DNA of 64,000 nt from Lama glama (Eukaryota), in the NCBI GenBank assembly GCA_028534125.1, contig CM052818.1, forward strand, positions 25,670,001-25,734,000, in the 5' to 3' direction. How positions within the stretch are numbered: the first letter of the stretch is position 1; each line of letters starts with the position of its first letter. Shown here in pieces: positions 42,801 through 51,884 of this stretch. The notes beneath the pieces were generated by a model. That model saw only the letters and a program-made list of their open reading frames with translations, did no database searches and was not told the origin of the DNA. Made by a program: the position numbers and the translations under genes.

Positions 42801-45147
42801 TGTATCCTGGTAAAAAAAAATGCTATTTAACTTTCTCAAGAGATGTTAATAACAAGGAGGGCAGCACAGTTAATACAAGCTAGATCATTGTAATCCGAGG
42901 GGATTTATTTTTTCTCCATCTGGGGATAATACTTTCTTTCACCTAGACTCCCGCAAGACTCAGGGATACACAGTGACAATTATATTAATGCCCTGACAAA
43001 ACTGGCATTTCTGTGCCTGGTAAGAAACTGGTGCTTTCCAGGTGCCATGTCATCCTGGCACACGTTTCATGTGAATTCCACAAAGGTGCCTTGTGCTTTA
43101 AGATCCACGTGACTCTCACATCAGAACTAAAAAAAGTAAGAAGCCAGTGTGTGCACAAGCGTGTGTACATATGTGTATGTAGGGTGAGGGTAGTCCCCTC
43201 CTGAATGGTGATAAGGCAAAGATGGAAATGAGGTGATAAAAGCAGTTGCTCATAGCTTATCAGCTCCAATGCTTTACTGGCTCCGAAATTCTAGGATTCC
43301 ATTTCTCCTTGGATTCCATCAGGCAATTTTGCACCAGTCAAGTAATCTCTGTGATTCTGCTTCAGTCTAGCAAATGGTTATGCTAACAGAGAGAGGTGAT
43401 TCAGCAAAAAATAATTCTAAAGAATTCTCTTTCATCAGTTGTCAACTCTCTTGCCTTCTGACTCTGAAGACAGAAGATATGATCACCCACTCCCAGAAGC
43501 TGAATGGGACGTGGATAACAAGGTGAAGTGGGGAAGGTTTTCCCCAGACCCTGCACCCTCCTACCAGTAAGACTCACTGAAATTACCAAAGAAATTCTGC
43601 TGAAGGTTACCTACCCTTTCTCCAAGCCAAGCTGTGAAGGCTCCAAAGCAGTCAAAGACAACCAGAGGGTCAAAGAATAGGATCTTTAGGAATATTTTTT
43701 ATAATACATTTTGTCAAGGAAATGGGCCAGTTTAAGTATCCTAAGGGAAAACCAATACTCTCAGTTTTCTATTGACCTCTAACCTTGAGCCATGTTATAT
43801 ATCTAAAGAATCACACAGACAGAGAGAATTAATTCTCAAGCAGTTGTCCTTTGCCAACTTTATCTCAGACCTCATTTTCTGTCTGGCTACTTGGGTGTGC
43901 CACGAGGAAGCAAGCAATGTGTACATTTTCCCTTGTCCCAACCAAACTGCAATTTTAATTATTTATTTATGCAATAATTTGGCTAAGGTCTATCTCCAAT
44001 CTAAACTGCAAGTTCCATGAGGGTGAGAACTTTGTCCGTCTCACTGAATGAAATAACCGAATCAACAGTCTTTAAATTAATGAATATTAATGTAGCCACT
44101 AAGAATTGAACCCAGGACCTCATGCGTGCTAAGCATGTGCTCTACCGCTGAGCTATACCCATCCCCCTGAATATTAATGTTCTTAATTGCTGATTCCCAA
44201 ACAATAAAAGTCCACCCAAGTTATAAGGAGACTTGTTTCTAGACAATAAGTTGTTCTTCCATGTCCTTTCAACACGTGGTTGTTGGGGAAGGGTGCAGCT
44301 CAGTGGTAGAGTGTGTGCTTAGCATGCACGAGGTCCTGGGTTCAATCCCCAGTAACTCTGATAAAATAAACAAATAAATAAAATAAACCTACACGTGGTT
44401 GTTGATCAGCCAGGGGGTGCTGGGCACCGTACCCTACAGGCCAAAGCACATAAGCTGTCTGCACCCTCTGAGCTTACCTTATGGAGCATTTGTGAGACAA
44501 CCAAAACCCAGAGAATCTGATCAAGGAGAAAGGAAGTAGAAGATGCTGTCTTTGATTTTTTTTTCATTCATCAGAAAGGGCAAGAGGGAAGAGCTGGGAG
44601 CCACACCTCCTCTAGGGTGCACTTTTCTCTCTCTCCCTCCCTCACAGAGATCTGGCAGATCAAAGATCGCTCCAGGGTTGCTGGAGTTTTATCTTACCCT
44701 CAACTGATTTTTTAATTAAGGCAAAGCCTGAATGTATAACCCAGAGTCCAAGCCCTACAGCTGTTTCCATGCATTTTGCCTTTTTCCAAACACTGGATCC
44801 CAACATAGTGAGTTAGCCCGGATCCAAGCAAGCCTGACGGTCACAAACTCGGTACTTCCCCTCGGTCCCTGCACCCTGCATAGCGAGCAGCCAGTGTGGG
44901 GCAGTGTGCGCGGTGGGCCTGGGGTCCGTCCGTAGCCCGGGACTGAATTCAACCCACCTTCCAACTCGGCAAAGCCGAGCACCACGTCTGAGGCTCTGCC
45001 CTGCCTGTCTTTTACCTCCAGGGCCGTGATGGTGCAGCCCCAGGACATGATGTCCACTCTTAGCTGGTCTGACTGCAGCTGGAACTTCTCCACCGTCCCT
45101 GCCCCCAAGGGCAGTTCCCCAAACACGGCTCTGGTCACCGAAACCAT
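960..45147 (-). CDS. GALM: GALM, galactose mutarotase (aldose 1-epimerase); spliced CDS of 7 exons, 1029 nt, 342 aa
   Basis: Exons of 190+155+207+82+142+175+78 nt join in frame through GT-AG introns from ATG (gccATGg Kozak) at 45147 to TAA at 962-960. The protein runs [13 protein letters not shown]...[10 protein letters not shown]...NSLHGG...[10 protein letters not shown]...GFDHNF...GFCLETQ...WFKFSVA*. N81, R82, H107, H176, D243 and E307 sit at the positions known for human GALM. Confidence 0.98.
1491..1630 (+). mobile_element. tRNA-Ala-derived SINE (camelid Vic-1-like), in GALM intron 6
   Basis: GGGGAGGGTATATCTCAAGTGG...GCTTAGCATGC..GAGGTCCTTGGTTCAATCCCAGTA head, then AAATAAATAAACCTAATTACC-C-rich-A tail; degenerate TSD actacaagattttt / aatacgaaattttt. 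Confidence 0.85.
1820..1994 (-). CDS. GALM: GALM coding exon 6 ([59 protein letters not shown])
   Basis: Acceptor ctccag|G, donor CAG|gtaaat; 175 nt; catalytic Glu307 in GFCLETQ. Confidence 0.98.
2294..2435 (-). CDS. GALM: GALM coding exon 5 ([48 protein letters not shown])
   Basis: Acceptor ccaccag|GA, donor CG|gtaggt; 142 nt; contains the GFDHNF motif (Asp243). Confidence 0.97.
3481..3777 (+). mobile_element. MER104-like (Tc2/Kanga family) MITE interrupted by the SINE
   Basis: Starts ta|ctgtatgtcatcaac..taagac and ends gatggcatcttagagttgataaaatacg, resembling the MER104 termini CCGTATTTCATCGATTCTAAGATGC; internal tgtcatagtttaactggcag matches the recalled consensus. Confidence 0.7.
3498..3622 (-). 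mobile_element. tRNA-Ala-derived SINE with perfect 17-bp TSD
   Basis: TSD ctgtatgtcatcaactt at 3481-3497 and 3623-3639; tRNA-like head on the minus strand. Confidence 0.9.
4170..4530 (-). mobile_element. LINE-2 3' fragment
   Basis: caacacttaataaatacctactgtatgccaggcactctg, typical of the reverse-strand L2 3' end. Confidence 0.55.
4546..4603. repeat. (GT)29 microsatellite
   Basis: Uninterrupted GT dinucleotide run. Confidence 0.95.
4795..4986. mobile_element. Tigger2/MER8-type MITE (TcMar-Tigger)
   Basis: Perfect 18-bp TIRs CAGTTGACCCTTGAACAA (4795-4812) / TTGTTCAAGGGTCAACTG (4969-4986), flanked by TA on both sides. Confidence 0.9.
7966..7980 (+). promoter_or_regulatory. Candidate CTCF binding site in GALM intron 4
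   Basis: CCGGTAGATGGCGCT matches the CTCF core CCASYAGRKGGCRS at all but one position; several CpGs are retained nearby (7967-8070) in otherwise CpG-depleted DNA. Confidence 0.5.
10733..11310 (+). mobile_element. MaLR solo LTR (MLT1H/G-like)
   Basis: aagatggcc...aagaggtagagtctttgttccctccctt...accaatag...gctgccatgtagtaagaagctcaag...cctgaccacagaa...aataaa...gcaataggtaacta, typical of MLT1 LTRs. Confidence 0.75.
12811..12883. repeat. Compound (CA)n(CTCA)n microsatellite
   Basis: Direct inspection. Confidence 0.9.
13430..14090. mobile_element. Cluster of MIR SINE fragments in both orientations
   Basis: MIR core motifs: ggatttaaatcctggct...ctcatctgtaaa...aatgag..aaagtgct; tgccaggaactgttctaagcactttacacatattacctcatttaatcttcacaac. 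Confidence 0.7.
16580..16738. mobile_element. MER5A1-like hAT-Charlie MITE
   Basis: cacctggggcttgttagaa...actgagtcagaatctgcat..taacaag...gatctgtgtgcacattaaaggtgaga..actg. Confidence 0.65.
17700..19563 (+). mobile_element. Long degraded LINE-2 (interrupted by a MER91-like MITE)
   Basis: C/T-rich L2-like sequence (ggacatccccacctggatgccc; ggaaacctaagagtcatcct) ending in the L2 3' terminus acaaatgttagctgaattgaatg. Confidence 0.6.
19098..19260. mobile_element. MER91A-like palindromic hAT-Tip100 MITE
   Basis: Perfect 22-bp inverted repeat acctagggtgcaaaatttaagg (19125-19146) / ccttaaattttgcaccctaggt (19204-19225), matching the recalled MER91 consensus. Confidence 0.75.
22110..22424 (+). mobile_element. 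L1MC-type LINE-1 3' end with poly(A) tail
   Basis: gtccaaacccacagaatata...gtgaaccctaatgta...gaatctctgtaccttctgct...gaacctaaaact..ctaaaataaa followed by an A-run. Confidence 0.85.
24256..24376 (+). mobile_element. tRNA-Ala-derived SINE
   Basis: GGGGAGGATATAGCTCAAGTGTAGAGTGCATGCTTAGCATGCAGGAGGTCCTGGATTCA...AATAAACCTAATTATCTCCCC. Confidence 0.88.
27600..28130 (-). mobile_element. Old L1 (L1MC/MD-like) 3' fragment
   Basis: ataattttagacttacagaaatgttgcaaaaata...cccttcaccca..ttcctctaatgttaacatcttacat. Confidence 0.7.
28762..28987 (-). mobile_element. L1MB-type 3' end with TSD
   Basis: ttgagatataattcatatac...aagtgtacaattcag...; TSD tgaaccaaggt(t/g)cttt at 28746-28761 and 28988-29003. Confidence 0.85.
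29347..29477. mobile_element. MER94-like hAT-Blackjack MITE
   Basis: Termini taggatgaccat ... atatggtcaccc; internal ctctcaaaagtgtcctggttt. Confidence 0.7.
29623..29704 (-). CDS. GALM: GALM coding exon 4 ([28 protein letters not shown])
   Basis: Acceptor ctctcag|GGT, donor ACAG|gttggt; 82 nt. Confidence 0.96.
30606..30834 (+). mobile_element. MER20 hAT-Charlie MITE
   Basis: cagtagttctcaactgggg..gattctgcccc...gagacatttttg.ttgtcatgactggg...aatgtcaatagtgccgaggctgagaaactctg. Confidence 0.85.
31988..32490 (+). mobile_element. MaLR LTR (MLT1J/K-like)
   Basis: ttctggccaagaaaatgtga...gctgtggcaaccatcttgtgaccatgagggg...gaaagaacttgggtcctt. Confidence 0.6.
34320..34526 (-). CDS. GALM: GALM coding exon 3 ([69 protein letters not shown])
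   Basis: Acceptor ttccag|GTC, donor CAG|gtaagt; 207 nt; carries the aldose 1-epimerase [10 protein letters not shown] motif with catalytic His176. Confidence 0.98.
35795..35960 (+). mobile_element. Artiodactyl-type L1 3' end (followed by an MLT1 fragment to ~36045)
   Basis: cctactatatagc...gaatcactttgctgtacaccagaaacaaacacaacattgtaaatcaactacacttcaattaaaaaaaaaa. Confidence 0.8.
38116..38270 (-). CDS. GALM: GALM coding exon 2 ([52 protein letters not shown])
   Basis: Acceptor gtccttgcag|GG, donor AAG|gtgagt; 155 nt; translated by hand because this frame is not listed in the ORF track. Confidence 0.97.
38777..38966. mobile_element. MER53-like palindromic hAT MITE
   Basis: ccagttaagtctgaatttcagataaacagtgaataattttttagtataagtatgtc ... 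atttttatttgctaaatctggcaacct matches the recalled MER53 consensus. Confidence 0.75.
39350..40268 (-). mobile_element. L1MC1-like LINE-1 fragment (3' UTR plus end of ORF2)
   Basis: 3' UTR similar to 22110-22424; ORF 39939-40226 ([35 protein letters not shown]) is a degraded L1 ORF2 C-terminus. Confidence 0.88.
42172..42356 (-). mobile_element. tRNA-Ala-derived SINE with an expanded purine-rich tail
   Basis: Head on the minus strand at 42290-42355; (GAAA/GGAA)n tail; TSD-like agctacc(t/c)ttct on both sides. Confidence 0.85.
44094..44167 (-). mobile_element. Tailless tRNA-Ala/SINE-head retrocopy with 13-bp TSD
   Basis: TSD tgaatattaatgt at 44081-44093 and 44168-44180; the 74-bp insert is only the tRNA-like head. 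Confidence 0.85.
44286..44390 (+). mobile_element. tRNA-Ala-derived SINE with 14-bp TSD
   Basis: TSD acacgtggttgttg at 44272-44285 and 44391-44404; intact A box (AGCTCAGTGG) and B box (GGTTCAATCC). Confidence 0.92.
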
Positions 45148-45370
45148 GGCGAAAGCTCGAGCTGTGCCGCTGCTCCTGGGCCTTCGAACTCCCAGCGCCA
45201 AACCTGGAGCGACAAGTTTACTGGAGAAGGGCGGGACGCGGCTCAGACTCCTCCTCTTCCTTGCCTGAATTTCGGGAGTGACCACTCCCGCAAAAAAAAT
45301 CCTCCGGGGCACTTTCTAATCATTCCTTTGCCTGAGGATAGCACGAAGGCACTTTGCCGCGGGGTTGGCA
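44840..45370 (-). promoter_or_regulatory. CpG-enriched promoter / 5' UTR / exon 1 region of GALM
   Basis: Local rise in GC and CpG content around the ATG; GC box GGGCGGG at 45229-45235; no obvious TATA box. The TSS cannot be determined from sequence alone. Confidence 0.7.
44958..45147 (-). CDS. GALM: GALM coding exon 1 ([64 protein letters not shown])
   Basis: ATG at 45147-45145 in gccATGg context; 190 coding nt; donor GAAG|gtgggt. Confidence 0.97.
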
Positions 45371-45639
45371 GTATCCAGCCAGTTCTTTTCCTTTGCTAAC
45401 CCTGGATGCACTGCATGTTGGGAGTGATAGTCTTTGGAAGGTGAAATTGCATGTTGGGGCCTGTAGTCTTTCTAAACCCAAATCCTGAATCTGCAGGATT
45501 CTATTCCATTCTCTGGCCGAGGTTTTCAACGTGCAATGAGCTCTCCATTAATATTGGTGGCTGACTTTCAGATAAAATGCTGGAAAATACAGAGATTACA
45601 ATTAGAACAGTGAGGAGAGGAAGAGGTGGAATTTTTGGT

Positions 45640-45774
45640 GTTTTTTTTTCTTTTTTTTAAGAGGGTGAGGTAATTAGGTTGGTTTGTTTGTTTGTTTATA
45701 TGGAGGTACTGGGGACTGAACATAGGACCTCATGCATGCTAAGTACGGCTCTACCACTGAGCTATACCTTCCCC
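45640..45774 (-). mobile_element. tRNA-Ala-derived SINE about 0.5 kb upstream of the GALM ATG
   Basis: Head ...ctctaccactgagctataccttcccc; TSD-like gaa(t/a)ttttggt. Confidence 0.88.
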
Positions 45775-46134
45775 AAGAAATTTTGGTTTTTAAGTTAACT
45801 CTGATCCAGAGGGGAAAGAAGTATAGAAGTAGCTTAAAGAAGGGGTAAATAATTGCAGGTTTCTCTGCGTAATGACTGAAGATCCATTCTGTTTGTCCAC
45901 ACAAACAGCTCTGAACAAATTTCTGCTGAAGTCATGGCCCAGAGGCTCTCCTGATGCCAGCCTGGAGTTGCAGCCTGTACAGAGTCACGTGTAAATGGAT
46001 AAGGGCTTAGCTATATGAAGGAGATCAGAGGCAGCCTCTGACTTTTCTGTTCTTCAGGAGACTGGGAAAGGGTCTTGGGTATCTATCTCATCTTGTTCCT
46101 GAAGTCCAAAGTTCCTTTAAGAAGGGATTAAGGA

Positions 46135-46261
46135 GGGGGAGGGTATAGCTTAAGTGATAGAGCATATGCTTGGCATGCTTTGAGGTCCTGGGGTTCAATT
46201 CCCAGTACCTCCTCAAAAAATAAATAAACCTAGTTCCCCACCCCACCCCCCAAAAAATAAC
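46135..46261 (+). mobile_element. tRNA-Ala-derived SINE
   Basis: TSD aagaagggattaagga (46119-46134) / aagaatggattaggga (46262-46277). Confidence 0.9.
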
Positions 46262-49200
46262 AAGAATGGATTAGGGATTAATATTTATTAAGGTCCTCAT
46301 CAATGTCAGATACTGTACTTTTATTATCTCCTTTCCATAAGGAGTAAAAGGCTTTAAGTCTGTACTGCTGGGAGAGGAAAAACACTGAAGTTATTAAATA
46401 ATTGTTATGCTTTGGTGTGTCTCAGACTTATATAAGAAGTTTTAAAAATGCATATCCCCAGGCCCATACCTGAAATGTCTGATTCTGTGAGTCTAGGATG
46501 AGATTCAGGAGTCTGTTTTTTTCACAGGTTGCTCAGATTATTCTAATGCAGTTTATCAGAGACCAGACCCTGAGAAATATTGCTCCAAATTTCGATAACT
46601 AACCTCAGACTTTTTTTCTCCCAAAAAAGGCTCCAACGGCTGAGGACTAAAATAGAGCTACTAAAGGCCTTAATAGGATTGTCAGATAAAATACAGGGGC
46701 CTATGCATTTCTCTGCTAAATCTGTCCACTCCATACAGTACTGGGCCTAGGAAGGGGGAAGATTCTGGAAGCCTGATGACATGTTTTACTTGACCATCTG
46801 CATACTCATCTAGTCTTTGCAATGCTGCTTTTGATCTGGTTCCTACATACTTCAGAGGGGATCCAACTAGACTGTGGTGAGTGCCAAAATGCATCTATTA
46901 GGGAATTAGGAAAACTGGAATCATACTCCTGGAATCAGATGCTAATAAAACAAAACCGTCTCTTAACCCTTTCTGTTTGAGTAGTTTGAAGGAATATTTA
47001 ACATTCTTGCCACAGAGCCTCAGTTCTCATTCATGAATCAGGCGAACTCTGATAGCAAAGGAAAAAGAAAGCTTGCAACAAGCTTCAGTGAAGCATAACA
47101 TGTAATAACAAAAAGACCCAAACAAATCAAATTATAGACTACACCGCACTCGTACAATAACTGATAGGCACTCTTGGTGCTGCTTCATCAGAAATTCTCA
47201 TGAGTTCTGCAACCCTCATCAGCCCACTTAACATTTATGGCTGATTCATACACAAGCCCTTTCAGCAAAGCTGTGTTAGCAAGGATGTCTTAGAATGTCT
47301 TCTGTGATCAGGAAGACTGTAGTCTTTTCTCAGCCACCAGTTCTCAATGTTCTGCCAAGCTCATATTGTCACAGAAATAAATAAATGCATTTGGATGGCC
47401 AGAGCCAAGACACTAGTGGGTGTCTTATAACTCGGCCTGGTAGAAAATGAAACATACCATGATGTCCCTCTAAGAGGTACACTTACTCATTTCATTTTCC
47501 TTTAGCTTTGAAGAGTTTAACATATTGTCCTTGTGCTAAGTCAACTGTCAGGCACAAACCTTGATTTTTCTTACCAAAATATCCTATTTTCCTAGTTCCA
47601 CAGTGATACACTAAAGGAATATTTATTCACTTAAAGAAAAAGAAGATGATGATGATGATTAAATCTAAGGAAATATTCTCCCTCCCATATGTTGGATTAG
47701 ATCAGAAGTAAGGTAGTAATCTTGAAAATGAGGCATTCTCAAATTCCAGGAGGCATTTATGTCTATTTTGGGAATAGGGGCAGAGAGTGAGATTACAAGA
47801 TAAAAGGAGTAGGAATTGTGACAGATGTCAAAGAAGAGTTACTTAAGGTGGATACCTTTTTCTTCAACCAGAGAGTGAGGTATCAGGACGGACAGGTAAA
47901 GACTAAGGTCTGTTCCTCTTCTCAGCTGGAGGTTAGTCCCCAAAGCTGAGTGCTAGGGGAGTCAGGAATGGGGAAACCTGAGCCTTGGACCCTGGGTGGC
48001 ACCTCCTTATTCTAAACAGAAACTGCAAGTGGACTGTTTCTGGGATCCATCAGATCCTAAGCCCACGAAGATGGCTCCAAAGCCTTAGGCTGTTGATAGG
48101 CCACCACACAGAGGAAATTCTCTGAGCTAAAATGATAAAACCAACTCACAATACCTCACAATTAGTCAATAAAGAAACCTAGAATAGATTCTCTTCAGTC
48201 AGGTTGGTACCTGACCACCCTCCTGTTCCCCTTCTTATTGTTCTGAAATCCAATAGTGTTTATTGCCAGTTCTCTTCATTGCGTACTCAGTATGTACTGT
48301 CTTAGATCATTTCTTAATCTTTCCATGAATACATTTTGTTGTTATTGTTTATTGAACTATTGGGGCTCAAAATATTGACTCAATATTTTGACTTCCATAT
48401 TTTTTGTAACCCAAACAACACTCTATTTGGCTTCAGGTGAAAACTACTTGTATCTGGAAGCCAGGAATTCCTGGGAGAATCCCATCAAGTTCACAAGAGG
48501 TAGAATTCTTCACAGTTAAATTCAACTCTATTTCATCAACAATTTTGAAGCAGCTGCTGGGGAACACATTATGGGGGCATATGAAAAGCTGATGAGGAAG
48601 ACAGATTAAATTTTGTTGTATGGCATGTCGTTAATTCATCAAATATTCAATGAGTATGTGCCAGACACTGTGCTAAGTTCTACTTGTACATTGATAGGTA
48701 AAATATGATCTTTGCCTTCAAGATGTTTACAGTCAAATGTGATATAAATAATGATTATGCTTTGGTGTGTCATCTCTACCCTCCATAAAAGCTTTAGTAA
48801 AATCTTCAAAATTCAATTCATAGTCAGTACTGGAACTGACCTCAAGATAGCTATAATTCTAGGCCTGCCCAAAGATGATCAGCCATATTGGAAATATTCC
48901 GATATTGGGGATTTCCTAGCACAAAGCAGTGACTGGCAATTTTAGATGCTCAATAAATGATTATTGAGTGAATACACGATAGATTCATATATGTAATGTT
49001 CTAGTGGAGAGCTGGTTCTGTGCCAGAGGACCTGGGTTCAAGAGGCACCAGAACTTACTGCCTGGGCAATTTGTTCAGCCACTTTGGACCTCAGTTTCCT
49101 CATCTATAAAATGGGAATCATATCACATGATGGGTCCATCCAATTATTAATTAATCCTAGTAAACAAGGTGATAAAAATTACTGAGCTCTCTGATGAGCA

Positions 49201-51884
49201 TCCTTGTGAATCAGACTTTAGTATCTGATACAGAAATTGAAACTTACAGAGGTTAAGTAACTTGTTCAAGATCACGTGGTTAGTAAGTCAGGAAGCCAGG
49301 ATTTGTTCTCAGGCAGCTTGACCACAGAGATAGGAGCATTTAACCAATTCCTTACATTTTGCCTAGTGTTGTGGTCAATTGAGACCATGGATTCCAAAGC
49401 ACTAATTAAATTGTAAAACATTACATCAATGTAAAATATTCATCATCTAATTTTTATGGTAATTGCAAGTTTTAAAAAATCAGTGTCTGGAATTCGGTCA
49501 CATTGGGCTCAAGAGAGCACTGTATTCACTTACTGTGGGCAAAGAAGAGCGCAAGGAGAAGAACAAGTCCTTGGCACCCAAAGGCCCTGGAAACAAGGCA
49601 TTCATCACCTCCAGACCTATTATATATTCATTTCTTTATTTATTATCATATCTCCTGCCAAGAAAATGAAGCTTCAGGAGAACAGATTTCACTGCTATAT
49701 CCTAGTACCTAGAACAGATTAGTAGGTCACTAAAAAATATTTGTTGAATGAATGCTTGATTGCTAGAAAGGAAGTGAAGCATCTCTCTGACAAAGCTGGT
49801 GAAAATTTCAATTGATAAAACCACTCTAGAGGACAACTTGTCAATATCTAATAAATTCAAATTGCACATACCTCAGCAATGGCCCCAAATCCAGAAATTC
49901 ATTCCTTGGAATATACCCTAGATGATCTTTTGCATATAAACATAAGAATATTTATGGCAGTAGTGTATGTAAGAATGAAAATTTGGAAACAATCTAAGAT
50001 CCATCAATTGAAAAATGGATAAAAATATTGTGATACTTCCATGTAATAGAATATGACATAACAGGAAAATGAATGCACTAGGGTTCCACAGATTCTCAGG
50101 CATGAATTTCATAATTATAATGTTAAAGGAGAAGTAAAGCAGGGCAGAAGGGTGCAGCTATATCATTTATATCAAATACAAAAAATTGCAGAACAAGCTA
50201 GATCTCCCAGGATTTAAGCCATTAGTCCAGGGTCATTTAGCCTGGTAAGTTGTAAAGCTAGGATTTGAACCCAGAGCACTTTCCACTCTATCATCCTGCC
50301 TCTGATAAGCATTTATAGTCAGATATGGATTAGACCCCTCATAGTGCTTTCTAGAAGCCTTGTTTGTTGATCTTTCCTTAGTTTGAGTCAGTAGCGCCAA
50401 GGGAGTAGCTTGTTGGGGTGGGGGGTCTTTTCTTTCCCCTATTCTTTGATATAAATAACAGGTGTTTAAGCAAACTTATGTAAAACAGCTTCAAAACTGT
50501 TTTAAATCCTTCATCCAGCCTGTCTGACTTTGATTGTGCCAACCATTTATAGAAATCCTGGAGCCACAACTAGCCTGAGCACATTCTTTGCTTTTATACA
50601 GACTCAATACACACTTCTTCCCCCCACCCCTCCCCATTTTCTGCCTCTGTCTCTCTCTCTCTCTTTTTTTTTTTTTAATTGAGGAATAGCCACTTCTGAG
50701 TGTATTTTGTGATACTTTCCAGAGTCAGAACTCTTTCATTTCTGGATGGTATAAAGCAACTCAAACTTAGCTTACACAAAAAAGGGAATTTATTGACTAA
50801 CATAGTGAAAAGTCTAGGGATGAATAGGTATATTCAGGCATAGTTGGACCTGAGCTAAAATTATGTCAGTAGGACTTGGTGTTTCTCTTCCTGTTGGTTC
50901 TGTTTTCCACTGTGTCGGCCCTATTTTCAGAACTGCTCTTTCTACCTATGATTTCTAGCATCCCCAGGCTTATATTACCTTATATATATAATAGCAATCT
51001 TAGAATAAAGGAAACTTCACATTCCCAATAATATCAACAAAAGTCCCAGTATTGAATTCACTTGGTCATGTGCTCTTCTGAACAAATTACCTGGGGTTTG
51101 GTAGTGTGGAGTCAGGCTCACCCAACAATATGGACTGGGAGAGCAGGGAGGGGTGATTCCCCAGAGGGAAATCGGGATGCTATTCCCAAAGAGAAAATGG
51201 ATGCTGGTCAGGTAGAAACAACATGCACCCACCAAAAAGAGTAATGGGACTAATGTCATTAAAGTGTTAGAAGCTGGAAATAAAAAATAACTACACAGGG
51301 AACTCTACTCACGCATTCAGAATATTTTGACACATCAAAATACCTATGTTTCATAAAAAGCTTTCAACATCTTGTCAGTAGCAGGTGTTGCCACATCCTC
51401 ACTTCTATTCTTGTTGTATCTTTGCCTTGATCTCTTGACTAATGTGGTATTGATGTAACTTTGCTGGAACCTTTCTCAACACTTTTAATTACCCTGCTGT
51501 TTTTCAAAGGACAGAGCTATCAACATTTTACAAAGAATGTTAGTTAGCTCAGATCCAGCCTAGCCTGAAGCACATTAATCCCTGCTTGGTAGAGGACAAG
51601 GCAGATCAGGGAATTGCTCTCCAAGTTTATCTGGACTCTATTTCTCACAGTATGGAAACTTATATCAAAAATCATGAGTGAATATAGTTCTCGGTAGAAA
51701 GTAGCATTCAAGAAACATTTTAAGACTATCTTACTCAAAGAAATGTGAAGAATTCACTCTCGTGATTTTGCCAGGCTGATTCAATAAGCTGTGACTCAGT
51801 CCTTTCCATGTCTGCTAACCATGGGAACCAGTCATAATGTGATGTTCTTAATTTCTATATTCTACTTGTTCAAGAGGTCTCAAC

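Noticed and set aside
44286..44360. Functional tRNA-Ala genes at the tRNA-like sequences
   Set aside because: Acceptor and other stems are disrupted, most copies have A-rich tails and TSDs, and there are multiple diverged copies: these are SINEs or retrocopies
46682..46894. Protein-like 70-aa ORF upstream of GALM
   Set aside because: Partly overlaps a tiny MER53-like remnant (~46674-46732); no recognisable homology or splice context
51540..51690. Short open frame IQPSLKHINPCLVEDKADQGIALQVYLDSISHSMETYIKNHE as a pseudogene exon
   Set aside because: I recognise no homologue; it would need tBLASTx support
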